Numbered from the whole stretch's first letter, positions 20,765 to 32,775 are shown. The stretch: 63,722 nucleotides of DNA, filler included, from 5 parts of 5 records of this genome joined end to end with filler, not necessarily neighbours in it, one strand, 5' to 3'. Notes: generated from the letters alone by a model not told the origin. Translations and numbers: made by a program.

Positions 20765-21466
20765 TTATTTAAGAAACTTTAAAATATCGGAGAGGGTGCC
20801 TAAGGTAAGGTGATCGTTGTTGTGCTCCTCCGGCTTTACCTCTTCATGTTGCCAAGTAGTATGAAAGGGAATATGAACAGCTTTTGCTCCAATGTTCAAT
20901 ATAGGTAATACGTCCGATTTTAAAGAATTTCCAATCATTAAAAATTCCTCCACAGGAATTTCCAAATGCTCCAATAGATTCTTATAATTTTCTTCCTTTT
21001 TATCGCTTAGAACTTCTACATGATGAAAATATTTGGACAGGCCGGATTTTTCCAATTTCCGCTCTTGATCCAACAAATCCCCTTTGGTCAATACTATTAA
21101 ACGATATTTATCCTTTAAGGCTTCCAATACCTGCTCCACACCATCCAACAATTCCACTGGGTGCGACAGCATTTCTTTCCCTAGATTCAAAATCTCCGTA
21201 ATAGTTGCCTGAGAAATCCTATTATTGGAAAGATCCAGGGCAGATTCTATCATGGACAGCATAAACCCTTTAATACCATAACCGTATAGTTCAAGGTTCT
21301 TGATCTCGGTTTTAAACAGCTCCTGATCTATTTGATTCTTGGTTTCATAACTATCCAAAAGACTGGCAAATTTTTCCTCCGCATTCCTAAAATACGTTTC
21401 ATTTACCCAAAGGGTATCATCGGCATCAAAACCAACCACTTTGATATTGCCAAAATCTATTTCCAT
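20765..21466 (-). CDS. HAD-superfamily hydrolase
   Basis: FDADDTLW motif [14 protein letters not shown]. Confidence 0.88.
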   Translation of the reverse strand: MEIDFGNIKVVGFDADDTLWVNETYFRNAEEKFASLLDSYETKNQIDQELFKTEIKNLELYGYGIKGFMLSMIESALDLSNNRISQATITEILNLGKEMLSHPVELLDGVEQVLEALKDKYRLIVLTKGDLLDQERKLEKSGLSKYFHHVEVLSDKKEENYKNLLEHLEIPVEEFLMIGNSLKSDVLPILNIGAKAVHIPFHTTWQHEEVKPEEHNNDHLTLGTLSDILKFLK

Positions 21467-22185
21467 ACTTTCTTTGCTTTTTCCAAATCTTCCGGCGTGT
21501 CTATTTCTATACCGGAAACACTAGTTTCTACCATCTTTATTTTCTTGCCATATTCCAGATAGCGAATGGCTTCTATCTTTTCCGTAGCTTCCAATATAAG
21601 CATGGGAAGTCTCTGAAAATCCATCAGCGCACTTTTCCTAAAAGCATAAATTCCTTTGTGCTTAAAATAAGGTATGTCCAACTCCCTTGATCTGGGATAT
21701 GGTATTGGGGCCCTGGAAAAATAAAGGGCAAAATTCTGATTATCTACAATTACCTTAACTGTGTTGGGGTCATTGATCTCTACCCAATCGGTAATTCTAG
21801 TCATTAAGGAAGCTAAATCTATTTCTTTTTTAACGTCATCCTTAAAAACTTCGATTACACTGGCTAGGCTTTCCCTGTCCGTAAATGGCTCATCTCCCTG
21901 AACATTTACGATGATATCAACATCCATGGATTCAACTGCCTCCGCAATACGGTCACTTCCACATTCATGTTGCTTTATACTCATTATGGCTTTGCCTCCT
22001 ATATTGGTAATGGTATCATAAATAGTGGTACTGTCGGTAACTACATAAACTTCCTGAAACAAACCAGTTTTTACAGCTGCTTCATAGGTTCTTTGTATTA
22101 CAGGTTTCCCTTGAAGGTCCTGCATAAGCTTGCCCGGAAATCTTGAGGCTGCATAACGAGCCGGTATCATTGCAATGATTTTCAT
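21457..22185 (-). CDS. kdsB: 3-deoxy-manno-octulosonate cytidylyltransferase
   Basis: [45 protein letters not shown]. Confidence 0.95.
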   Translation of the reverse strand: MKIIAMIPARYAASRFPGKLMQDLQGKPVIQRTYEAAVKTGLFQEVYVVTDSTTIYDTITNIGGKAIMSIKQHECGSDRIAEAVESMDVDIIVNVQGDEPFTDRESLASVIEVFKDDVKKEIDLASLMTRITDWVEINDPNTVKVIVDNQNFALYFSRAPIPYPRSRELDIPYFKHKGIYAFRKSALMDFQRLPMLILEATEKIEAIRYLEYGKKIKMVETSVSGIEIDTPEDLEKAKKVWK

Positions 22186-22300
22186 ATGTAGATATTAATT
22201 GTTTTTAACGATCATACTTAATAGGCATTTCTTCATTGATTCTAAGAACAGTTTTGGGGCATGCTTATTTCACACGGAAATTATTTAAAATTAATTTGGA

Positions 22301-22864
22301 TTATGTTCTCGGTCTAAACTTTCTATACAACCTATATATAACGATCAATATAATAAGGACCAAAAACGCAGCAAGAATAGGGGCGAAAATTGATGCTGTA
22401 GTTACTACTGCCGCAGTGCCCGTTTCCACCAGACCAATAACAGGATTGGCCGTTCCCCCGGTGGAGGCCGTAGAAGCCAATCTGCCAGTAGCCGAAGCTC
22501 CTTTTATCGCAGTGGCCGTTCCCCCTCCCGCTATTATAGCCAAGGTCCAGGTAATCACTGGATCCAAATTGGAAGCTGTTGACACCATTACAGCGGTACC
22601 CGCCAAAGCAGCCATAGGAATTGCAAAACTATCCAACAAATTGTCCAACCAAGGAATAAAATATGCGAAAATTTCCACGATAGTGGCAACGCCAAAAGTT
22701 ATTAAGGCGGCCATACTCCCAACCCATTCCCAATTTTCATTTAGTTGCCATACACCAAAATAAGCGGCCAAACTTAAAGCAAACAGAGGCAAAAAAATCC
22801 TAAAGCCTACAGATGCCGCCAGCCCAATACCTAAAAATATGCTTAAAACGGTCTCAAAAGTCAT
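22301..22864 (-). CDS. DUF4126-like membrane protein
   Basis: GIGLAASVGFR.FLPL, EIFAYFIPWLDNLLD, STASTGG.ANP; several hydrophobic helices. Confidence 0.8.
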   Translation of the reverse strand: MTFETVLSIFLGIGLAASVGFRIFLPLFALSLAAYFGVWQLNENWEWVGSMAALITFGVATIVEIFAYFIPWLDNLLDSFAIPMAALAGTAVMVSTASNLDPVITWTLAIIAGGGTATAIKGASATGRLASTASTGGTANPVIGLVETGTAAVVTTASIFAPILAAFLVLIILIVIYRLYRKFRPRT

Positions 22865-22897
22865 ATTTCCAAACTTTAATGCGAAATTAGGCTATTC

Positions 22898-24331
22898 CTA
22901 ATCAACAAAAAAATCGTCCTTAAAGCCTATAAGGTACAATTTATGCTTAGCCCTGGTCACGGCGGTATATAACCAGCGAAGATATTCCTTGTCTATTCCG
23001 TTAGGCAAATACGGCTGTTCCACAAAGACGGTATTCCATTGCCCCCCTTGGGACTTATGACAGGTTATGGCGTAGGAGAATTTAACTTGGAGCGCATTGA
23101 AGAACTTATTGTTCTTTACTGCCAAAAACTTTTTGTATTTGGATTTCTCATCGGCATAATCCTTCATAACTTCCTGATAAAGACGGTTGCCGTCATCATA
23201 GGACAAAGAAGGAGTCTCTGCCATAATGGTGTCCAACAAAAGAACTGTTTCAAACGGTTTTTGATTGGGGTAATCTACCATTTTCACCTTGACCTCCGCA
23301 AATTTAAAACCGTACAACTCTTTAATGGCAAATATCTCCAAGACCTCAATGATATCGCCGTTGGCAATAAAGCCAGCTTCGGAAGTTGGCTTTAGCCAAA
23401 AATAGTTGTTCTTGACTACCATCATATAGTCCCCAGTGGCCAACTCGTTTTCTAGATATAGGATTCTATTCCTAATATTCTCATTATATAGATTGGCCCG
23501 TTTATTGGAGCGAACTATAATAGCGGTTTCCTCTTTGCCATTTTGCGAATAGGAATCGTCTATAGCCTCCTGGATATCATTGCCATCCACCAAGCGCACT
23601 ATATCTGTATAGTGACTCACCGAAAACTTAAAATCATCAAAGAATTCACTTTGCAACTGTTCCCTTAAGTTGGTGGCATTTACTAAAATTCCTGAATCCT
23701 CGGCCTGCCTCACCACTTCGTCAAACTCCAGTTTTATAACCTCCTTGTTATAATTCAAGGCCAATTGATTTTCATCCAGAGCCGGACTAATATTTAAATG
23801 TACCGGAGGAAGCTGTGCGGTATCACCAATGAGGATTAGCTTACAATTATGTCCTGAATACACATACATTAGCAAATCGTCCAAGAGAGACCCATTTTCC
23901 ATCAACTTCGAATCCGTTGGCGTATCCGGAATCATGGAAGCTTCATCCACTATAAAAATGGTATTTCTATGCTTATTGGGTGATAAGACGAACTGTACCC
24001 CACCCCCACTCTGTTTTTTGGGAAAATAAATTTTTCTATGAATCGTAAAAGCCTGTGTTCCAGAATAATTGGACATTACCTTTGCTGCCCTCCCGGTAGG
24101 AGCCATTAAAACGGCCTTCATGGTGGTCTTCCAAAGATTGGTCACAATTGTACCAACAATGGTAGTTTTCCCAGTACCCGCAAACCCTTTTAACATAAAA
24201 ACGCTCTCCTTTTCCTTGGACAAAACAAAACTTGCAAGTTTTTGCAAAGCCACTGACTGCTTGGCAGTTGGGTCATGTGGAAATTTATCTTTCAGTAGTT
24301 TAAAAAAAGTAGCGTCGGTTATAGAAGTCAT
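22898..24331 (-). CDS. RecD-like SF1B ATP-dependent helicase
   Basis: GFAGTGKT, APTGRAA, IVDEASM, GDTAQLPPV, YAITCHKSQG, LYTAVTRA. Confidence 0.9.
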   Translation of the reverse strand: MTSITDATFFKLLKDKFPHDPTAKQSVALQKLASFVLSKEKESVFMLKGFAGTGKTTIVGTIVTNLWKTTMKAVLMAPTGRAAKVMSNYSGTQAFTIHRKIYFPKKQSGGGVQFVLSPNKHRNTIFIVDEASMIPDTPTDSKLMENGSLLDDLLMYVYSGHNCKLILIGDTAQLPPVHLNISPALDENQLALNYNKEVIKLEFDEVVRQAEDSGILVNATNLREQLQSEFFDDFKFSVSHYTDIVRLVDGNDIQEAIDDSYSQNGKEETAIIVRSNKRANLYNENIRNRILYLENELATGDYMMVVKNNYFWLKPTSEAGFIANGDIIEVLEIFAIKELYGFKFAEVKVKMVDYPNQKPFETVLLLDTIMAETPSLSYDDGNRLYQEVMKDYADEKSKYKKFLAVKNNKFFNALQVKFSYAITCHKSQGGQWNTVFVEQPYLPNGIDKEYLRWLYTAVTRAKHKLYLIGFKDDFFVD

Positions 24332-24400
24332 AGGTCCTCAAAGATAATCAGTATTTTTAAGGTCAAATACTTTTACCATTAAAAAAAAATTGTAGATTTG

Positions 24401-24500
24401 NNNNNNNNNNNNNNNNNNNNNNNNNNNNNNNNNNNNNNNNNNNNTTAATTAATTAANNNNNNNNNNNNNNNNNNNNNNNNNNNNNNNNNNNNNNNNNNNN
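24401..24500. other. Artificial contig spacer 1
   Basis: N44-TTAATTAATTAA-N44 (stops in all six frames). Base composition and apparent taxon change across it. Confidence 0.97.
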
Positions 24501-27500
24501 ACGACGCTGACGGTCGTGTTTGTACTTGCGGTTGTGCTACCAAGCGTCACGTTTAGGAATACAATAGGACCTGGAGCAAGCTGACCTGGATTTATCGGCG
24601 ACGACGAGTTACGCGCTATCGTGTCGTTGAGCGCCGTTTCCACCGCAATATCCATGGTGCCAATTCCGACGCTCGCATTCGCAGCGCGCAGCGGCGACAG
24701 CCGCAGCACGACAGGCGCAGTGTCTGTGCCACCGCTGGATGTGCATCCATTGCCGCTGCGCACAGCACGTACGTACGAGGCGTTCACAACCTCGGATAGA
24801 AGTTCGCATGTCAGCCCGCTCACCGGCACAGCAACCGTTGACCCGCCACTGGCAGACAGACCTTCGGGGAGGCGCATCGCAAATCGCTCCCCGGGGCCAA
24901 CGGCCGCGGACGGTGTAAGCGTAAGCGTCAGCGCCACGTCCGCGGCTCCAGCAGTGGCAGGCGCGAACACCCCAGTCGCCGGAAGCGACGCTACCGAGCA
25001 TGGAGGGGGCAAAATCGACCCTCCGCTACCCACTGGCGCCGTCGACGTCAGAGAAGCTGGAAGCGTTCCGTTCTCGCGCACGGTCAGATACGCGAGAGCA
25101 CCACTACCTCCGGGCGCCGCCCCCTCAGCGGACGCGCCCTGCAATACAGCCACGACCTTTCCCGTATCGCCCAGCCCGATCGCCTCGTAGCGCAGTGCGC
25201 GTCCGCGTCGCACCTCGCTGACAGAAACAAGTTGGGCAGTCGCCGTTGCACCGCTCGGAAACGCGAGACTATACATGCGCAGGTCGTGCGCGCCAGTGAC
25301 GGTCACCTCACCCACAGCGGTGCCATTGTCGCTTCCCACCAGGGCGGCAAGAACACGCGCATCGCCGCTCAAAGCCATCGCAACGGCGTGCGGTTCTCCC
25401 GAGGCGTTGCCACTCGCCGATATCAATGGCGTGCGCGCCCATTCGGCACCTTGTTGTGATGTCATAACATCAATCTGGGACGTGCCGCTATCTACAGAGC
25501 GCTGCAGCACGGCTGCCACAGTGCCATCGCGAGCGAGCGCTACCGCGCCGGACGCAATCGATCCGTTGGCCGGTACAAGCGCGCGCTCTAGCCACACCAC
25601 CTCGTCACTGGCTGCTTCGCTGCCTGTTGCACTCGAGTTACATCGCGCATACATTCGTACACCGTTGCGCGAACCCAACGCCACAATTGCTCCGTCGGCA
25701 GCCGACACCGCAACAAACATACCAAGGCGCTGACCGGAGGCGGGACTGGGCGGCGTAAGATGCGCTGGAGCCTCGGCATACGTCCCGTCCGTCGCATTGC
25801 GAACAAAGAGCACAGCCGCTCCCGCATTCGAATCCCGCCCCGGCGCGCCCGCTACCACAACACTGCAATTGTCTGTAACGGCAACTGCAGCCCCAAGCGC
25901 ATCGCCTGGCGCAGCGCTCGACGAATTCAATGTTCGCTCGAGTACCCAGCTCTGCCCGCTGCTGAAGCGCCGATACACGTGCACGGCACCGCGGGATTGC
26001 ATCCACCCCGCATCGCCGACAGCCGCACACTCTCCGGCACGATCGAGCGCAACCGCAGCTCCGAATGCGCCACTCATCGAAACACCGGCAGCGCTGGTGA
26101 GAGCCGTCAGGTTAGCTTCCAGCACGCTAAATGCGCCGCCGGCCCGTCGCATCACTAGCGCGCCGCCACCGACCGTCGCGCTCCGAGCTTCGTCAGACGT
26201 ATTGGCCGCACGTGCGCCGACGACGAGCCGCTCGCCGTCGCCCCCGGCGAGAGATAGAAGCCCAGCATCAGCCTCCGCAACGGACACGTTCGAAACCACA
26301 GGCCACTGGACAACATCGTCAACAAGTGCAGACTGCTGACAGAGAGAGCGCGCAGTGGTCCAGCACGGCATGTCGTGCCACATGGCGGAGTTGGTCCTAG
26401 AAGACAGTATCATATTGCAAGGCCGGCTTGTTTCGTAGCGCGGGCGCCCGCCTTTGAAAATCATATCCGCACCGACAGCATCGCCATTCTCCCACGACGT
26501 CCCAGTCGTGCTGTCAAACATGAGGCCAATCCACGTATGTCGGTTGTTGGGATCCAGCCTCGACAGTTCATAGTGCTCGTCGTATGAGCGCACCGAAGCA
26601 AGCGTGCTCGGGTGGCCAGCGCTGCCCGCGCTCGTACACGCTTCCCGCGCGGGCTCCTGTTCCCGCAGCGTGGCGTCCAGCAAATAGCAGCGCTCGTTAA
26701 GTGCGTACCATCCGTCTTCGCACGACAGACCGGCAGCGACCGAGTTGTCGATCGGCCCTGCAGGCGTGCATCCAACGTGATTGAGAACCGGGATTTCGCA
26801 CACCCCATACCCTTGGAACGAGCACGGCTTGTCGTTCCACTCGCCCGACGGAAACATGTGCATGCAATCTTCCCCAGAACCCGCGTTGTTCGGTTCGTTG
26901 TCCGACCATCGCGAAAAGCCTACGCTGCTCCCGTCCACCCACAAGAAAGTGCCCTCGGTTGCGCTGTCCGTCAGCCCAAGCCAGTAGGCATCTAAGCTCG
27001 TCGCTGGAGCACTGTCACGGAACAAGGTCTTGCCAATAAATCGATTCTCACTGTTGCTGTCAATCACTGCAAGGTATCCGCCAACCTGCGCGCACGCAAC
27101 CTGCGACATGCCCCACTCTTGCAGCGTGGGCACCACCAGATAGTCAGAGCACCCGAACCGGTGCAGCTGTGACGCGGCGCGCCGGCACACCGGCAGTGCA
27201 CCTACCCCCGAAGAACAGGAAACTGTGCTCATCTTCCCACTTGCATCCATGACTATGCAGTCGTGTGAGGTGGATGGACTTGAGGGCTGCCCGCTCGCAT
27301 AATCCGTAAACGAAACTGGAGCGCCGTCCATCCACTCAAACGTCCCTTCCTTTGCACGATCGTGCAGACCGATGTAACCAGATTCGCCACCGAGCAAGCC
27401 CGTAATGAGTGTCTGCTCGGCGCTACTGCGGACACTGGCAAGCTGCGCGCCCTCGTCCTGGCACTTGATGAGAGCGTTTAGCCACGATAGGGTGCTGATG

Positions 27501-30379
27501 TTGAGCGCAGAGAAGCACGATTCGTTGAACAGCGTCCATCCCGACGGACACAGCGCCGTGCTTGCGTTCGCAGCTGCGGCGCCAACCTCGGCACCACACG
27601 CCCCGGCCGAGGCCGCAACGCCAGCAGGAACGCCGCCCAACGATACGTCACTGGAAAGTGACGCGGGCAAGCTCTCATTCACCCACACCTCCGCGACACT
27701 CACCGGCGATGCCGACTCCTGGCTCACGCCCGACGACAAACTCACAACGCGGCGTCCGCTGCCGCTCGTGAGCACCGATCGATACCGCTGCCCATGGCTC
27801 GCTGGCACCGTGTAGCTAAATACAGTAGACGCGACGCCTGCAGTCGCGTTGCTGTACGAAATCTCGTACATGTGCACCTCGCGGCCGTCTTCGACTGCGC
27901 CGGCCACGCCGTTGTCAGCATCGAGTACTGCAGCAACAAAGCGCCCATCTCCGCTGAAATCCACTCCAACCACGTGCGGAGCTGTAGAGGAACGAGAAAC
28001 AACACTGGTCACATGTTCCCACGTAACCGCGTCGCTTGTGCCAAACACACTCGCCCCACTAGTTACATTACCATCCGCATCTTCCCGCGTGTAAAGCAAG
28101 ACTTTGGCACCATCGCGCGATAACCGCACCATGCCGCTGCTCACGGACGCCCCCGAGCTCGCCGCAACGAGCTGGCGCTCCACGTACCGCACTGCACCGC
28201 GCGCACTGGCGCTCGAGCAGCGCACGTACAGGCGCACCCCGTCACGCGCACCGGCAGCAACCACGCTCCCGTTCGTTCCCGAAACGCCCACAAGTAAACC
28301 CAGCGATCTGTCGACCGGCAGACCACTCACAACCAGCGGCTCCGACTCCGCATAGGCGCTGCTGTTTGCTCCGCTCGTCGAGCCGGTAACTACCGCAGAA
28401 GCGTTTTGCGTAAACACGACAACATACCCAGTATTGTTCGCGCGTCCCGTGCCGCCGCCCGCGACGACGCTGCAGTTGTCACTCACCGCCACCGCCTCGC
28501 CAAATTTGTCGCCTAGTGTCGCAGCGCGCGGCCGCAACGTTCGTTCCAGAGCCCACACAATTCCTGTGCGTCGAAACAGATAAACCGCCCCGCTTCCGGA
28601 CGCGTCGGTATCGCCGACGGCTACACACGCTCCAGTAGCATCGATCGATACGCTACGCCCAAACTGCGAGCCGGTAGCAACGCCGCCCGCGTGGGCAAGC
28701 GCGGTCAGGTTCGCCTCGTCGACGGAAAACGCCTCTCCACTGCGCCGCCGCACTAGCGCGACCCCGCCAGGTGAATTCAACCCAACAACAACGCGGTCGC
28801 CGTCGTGCGAAGCCACGTCTGCCACGCGGATCTCGGCATCTGCGAGCGTCGCGTTGCCACCGAGGGGCCATCCGCCGGTGTTGTCCGACGCAGTGCCCAT
28901 TACAGAAAAGGGCAAGCTCGCCGAGCTGTCGCCTTTGCGAGCGGCCCTCTTCGTGCCTGCACCAGCACCACCACTGCCGCAGCCGTTTATCATGTTTGTC
29001 ACCATACGGTCAGTTGATGCGTCTTCAGTTCCGCGGAGATGCTGCGCCTCTTTCCACGCACGTCCATCGTGCTGAAACAGGTGCACTGTCCCGGACGCAG
29101 CGCCTCGTGAGCTGCCACGAGGTGCAGCGACAGCAGCGATATTCCCGTCGCCGCGCAGTGCCACGGCACTGCCAAAATGACGGTCTGTTGCCGCAGCCGT
29201 TCCGTGAAGCCTCTGCTGCAGTCTCCATACGCTACCGTCGAACTGAAACACGTATGCGGCGCCAGGTTCACTACTACTGTCGTTGCTATATGGGGAGCCG
29301 ACGAGCGCAGTGTCCCCATTTCGTGATAGCGCAACCGCCGATCCAAAACGGTCTCCAGCAGCCGCATGGGGCGCAACAAGCTTTGCCGTCTGCACCCACG
29401 AGGTCCCATTGCATGTAAATACATACATGCTCCCGGAATTCAATCCCATGTTGCCGTCCGATGGCGAGCCAACGGCAAGCGTTGTTCCTTCGTCGCCCAG
29501 CGAAACGTCGAGGCCAAAGAGATCATGCGCACTGGCATCGCTCGCTTCCGCCTTGGCCTGCTGGGCCCACACATTTCCATCTCGTGCAAACACATACACC
29601 GCCCCTGTTTGAGAGCCTCTGCCATCGTGAAACGGTGCTCCAACGGCAACTTTGGTGCCGTCCGCGCTCGTGCTCACTGCATACCCAAAGTGGTCTCCAG
29701 CAGCCGTGTCGAACCCGACAATACGCGCACGCTGCTCCCACGCGCTCCCGATCCGCTCAAACACGTATGCCGCCCCGGCAGCAGCTCCAACACTATTTGC
29801 AAATGGTGCACCAACCACGGCAATCGCGCCGTCTTTGCTTACTGCAACAGAGAAACCAAACTGACCGCCAGGCGCCGCGTCTGACGCGGCGAGCCGAGAC
29901 GTCTGCGCCCACGCCCGCCCCTTGCGCGAAAATACGTACACGGCGCCTGCATCGGGGCCGTTCCCGTCGCTTGATGGTGCGCCAACTAAGATTGTTGTTC
30001 CATGGGCATCAATAGAAACTGCAGTACCAAATTCACTTTCGGATCCGTCGTTGGCAAGAAGAAACAGCGCCTGTTCAGCCCACGACGATCCGCTGCGGGA
30101 ATACGCGTACGCCCCTCCAGATCGCCGACCAATATTGTCCCAACCTCCCCCGCCAACAACAGCGTGCTTGCCATCACTGGAGATAGAGCAAGTGACGACA
30201 ATGTCTGGACCTTCCTCTCTATATGACGCAGGGGTCTTCACCAGCGCGGAGGTGTCCGCGCCACTCGCGCCATAGGGCAACGCAGCGAAGAGAAAACAGA
30301 CGAGGATGCCCCTCCAAATCGCCTGTGTACGCAGCGCGTTGCGTAACCCTATTAGCGGAACCTGTCCTCCACAACCCAT
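24501..30379 (-). CDS. Very large secreted/surface protein with FG-GAP beta-propellers and three C-type lectin domains (3' truncated)
   Basis: Signal-like ILVCFLFAALPYGASG after Met at 30379, many FG.SVA...VGAP...GAVYVF repeats, CTLD motifs (CPSGW...C, WLGL, EPN, WND). Open to the contig end. Start uncertain (ORF is open from 30628). Confidence 0.8.
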
Positions 30380-30740
30380 GCCCGCCTTGCTTCTTCTTCT
30401 TCTTGTCGCGAGGCTGTGACAACACCCTGCTTGCTGCACACAGAGTCTGCCGCACCGAGATGCTGTGCAAAGGACGACTTGCCACACAGGCTGCCTCCAA
30501 CTTCCTGAAACAAGATACGAAAATTCGTGCGCACACGAAAGTGAAGCATACAATGTGGGATGGTGAGTGAGGTTGCAGCGCCTGCACGTCGAAAAGCGAC
30601 GTAGCAAACGCAAGGAGCACACGAGCACTGCGCAGAAGTGGCTACACCTGAGCTGGAGCCCTCCTCACGCGCGCTCTGCTCCGCTGCAGTCAGGCAAATA
30701 TGCGCCGACCGACTCGCCACGCGCCGCGACAAGCGCCGAT

Positions 30741-30840
30741 NNNNNNNNNNNNNNNNNNNNNNNNNNNNNNNNNNNNNNNNNNNNTTAATTAATTAANNNN
30801 NNNNNNNNNNNNNNNNNNNNNNNNNNNNNNNNNNNNNNNN
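30741..30840. other. Artificial contig spacer 2
   Basis: N44-TTAATTAATTAA-N44. Confidence 0.97.
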
Positions 30841-30869
30841 GGAAATTCGAGCGTATCTTCCTTGGCCAT
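30841..30869 (-). CDS. infA: Translation initiation factor IF-1, N-terminal fragment
   Basis: ATG at 30869 reads MAKEDTLEF(P), preceded by an AGGAGA RBS; typical alphaproteobacterial IF-1 start. Confidence 0.8.
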
Positions 30870-31050
30870 GGTCTCTCCTAAATGATTCACCCCAATGTCG
30901 GGGCCACGCGACTAAATGAGCGCTTCTGCACCGTTTTTCAAGGGGTTTAGCGCCTTTGAAAGGGTTTGAATCACTTAAACTGGCCTGAAATCAAGTATTT
31001 CAACGCATTAAGCAGTTTTGTTTCATCCGCTTTGCGTAAATTTGATGCGT

Positions 31051-31926
31051 TTAGCGCAGCCTGACCCCTGCTGCGGGCGCCTCCCGTCCGATTTGGTGGT
31101 CCCAGTGATTGCGGTTCAACACGATGCCATCCCGGCGCACCTCAGCCACCTGTGCCAGATCAACTTCAGCAAAGGTCCAGACTGGATCGTTCAACACGCC
31201 CACCGCAAGCACACCAGTATCTGGAAATCCGCGATCCGGCGGGCAATAGATCCCCCCGGCCCCAAAGGAATTGCCAAGCGCCTCTGACCAATCCGCCGCC
31301 CCAACGACAGATGACATCGCAGTGATGCACTGGTTCTCCAAGGCCCGCGCCATGGACCCGATGCGCACCCGCCAATAACCGGCCAGGGTTTCGGTGACAC
31401 TGGGCACACAGATCACATCACAATCGGTCAGCGCCCGGCCCAGTAGCGGAAACTCACTGTCATAACAGATCAGGATGCCTATCTTGCCCAGAGTGGTATC
31501 AAACATCTGTAACGGGTTGCCCGGCACCACATCCCAGACCTCTTCCTCAAACCGGGTCATAATCTGTTTGTCCTGCACACCAATCTGCCCCGTGGGGGTG
31601 ATCAGCCGTGCGCGGTTGACCGGGCGTGTTTCTGTGGCCGCAGGTGCGGAGGCCGCGACGATATGCACGTCGTATTCCGTCGCCAGCCTTACATGCACAG
31701 CATCTGCATCCGCAAGCCTGTCCGATACGGCAAACATCGATTTTTCCAAATCACCCGCCACATCCATGCCGTCCAAGGTCGCAAGCTCCATCGCACCATA
31801 TTCGGGGAACACCAGCAGCTCTGCCCCCTGCCCTGCGGCCTGTCCGACCCATTTGGCCAGCTTGTCTTCGTATTGTGCCCAAGACGTGAGTATATCAAGC
31901 GGATAGGCGGCGGTTGCGATCTTCAT
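31051..31926 (-). CDS. Carbon-nitrogen hydrolase (nitrilase superfamily)
   Basis: Catalytic triad motifs VFPEY, QDKQ and LICYDSEFP; ARALENQC. Confidence 0.9.
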   Translation of the reverse strand: MKIATAAYPLDILTSWAQYEDKLAKWVGQAAGQGAELLVFPEYGAMELATLDGMDVAGDLEKSMFAVSDRLADADAVHVRLATEYDVHIVAASAPAATETRPVNRARLITPTGQIGVQDKQIMTRFEEEVWDVVPGNPLQMFDTTLGKIGILICYDSEFPLLGRALTDCDVICVPSVTETLAGYWRVRIGSMARALENQCITAMSSVVGAADWSEALGNSFGAGGIYCPPDRGFPDTGVLAVGVLNDPVWTFAEVDLAQVAEVRRDGIVLNRNHWDHQIGREAPAAGVRLR

Positions 31927-32056
31927 ATTCGGCTCTCCTGCAATGGCGCGACACTGCGGGGGTTTTACGACAATCGCAAGCCGCCTTGACCCGCGCTGTG
32001 GTTCGTTTCACACAGATCAGACGGCCTCACCGCGATCCAATCAAAGGACCCCAGTT

Positions 32057-32749
32057 ATGCGCAAAATCGTGATCCTGACCGGCGCAGGCATTTCCGCCGA
32101 AAGCGGTATCGAAACCTTTCGCGCCGAAGACGGTTTGTGGGCGCAACACCGGGTCGAGGACGTGGCCACGCCCGAAGGGTTCATGCGCGATCCCGAACTG
32201 GTGGTAAATTTCTACAACGCCCGCCGGGCACAGGCCGCAGAGGTTACCCCAAACGCCGCCCATCGCGCGCTTGCCCAGCTTGAGGCAGAACATGACGGCG
32301 AGGTTGTGGTGATCACGCAGAACGTCGATGACCTGCACGAGCGTGGCGGGACACAGACCCTTTATCACATGCATGGACACCTCAAGGGCGCGCTTTGTGC
32401 GTCCTGTGATCACCGCTGGCCAGCGCCGATGGTCATGGCCGCCGGTGACGCCTGCCCCTCCTGCAACGCCCCTGCTGCGCGGCCTGATATCGTTTGGTTT
32501 GGGGAAATGCCCTATGACATGGATGTACTGGTGGGTCACATCGCGCAGGCAGATATCTTTGTCGCCATAGGCACATCGGGCAATGTCTATCCCGCCGCCG
32601 GATTTGTGGCCGAGGCCCGCCATGCCGGTGCCCATACCATTGAATTCAATCTGGAACCTTCTGCGGTGGGCAATCAGTTTGCCGAACACCGCATCGGCCC
32701 GGCCTCGCAAACCGTGACAGAATGGGTCGCGGAAATCCTTGCAAAGTGA
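32057..32749 (+). CDS. cobB: NAD-dependent protein deacylase (sirtuin)
   Basis: TGAGISAESG..TFR, TQNVDDLHE, HMHG, two CxxC zinc motifs, RPDIVWFGE, GTSG.VYPAAG. Start ATG 32057. Confidence 0.93.
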   Translation: MRKIVILTGAGISAESGIETFRAEDGLWAQHRVEDVATPEGFMRDPELVVNFYNARRAQAAEVTPNAAHRALAQLEAEHDGEVVVITQNVDDLHERGGTQTLYHMHGHLKGALCASCDHRWPAPMVMAAGDACPSCNAPAARPDIVWFGEMPYDMDVLVGHIAQADIFVAIGTSGNVYPAAGFVAEARHAGAHTIEFNLEPSAVGNQFAEHRIGPASQTVTEWVAEILAK

Positions 32750-32775
32750 GGGCGGGCGAAACGCCCGCCCTCTTT
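32748..32775 (+). terminator. Rho-independent terminator after cobB
   Basis: GAGGGCGGGCG-aaa-CGCCCGCCCTC-TTT. Confidence 0.75.

Noticed and set aside
22236..22763. 175-aa plus-strand ORF
   Set aside because: Antisense shadow of the DUF4126-like gene.
24445..24456. Recurring TTAATTAATTAA palindrome as a biological repeat
   Set aside because: It is always centred in N44 flanks and gives stops in all six frames, so it is an artificial linker. ORF ends inside spacers are not real.
32057..32749. Sirtuin as a defence-associated SIR2 effector
   Set aside because: Canonical short CobB with a zinc finger in a housekeeping context, with no defence partner genes.
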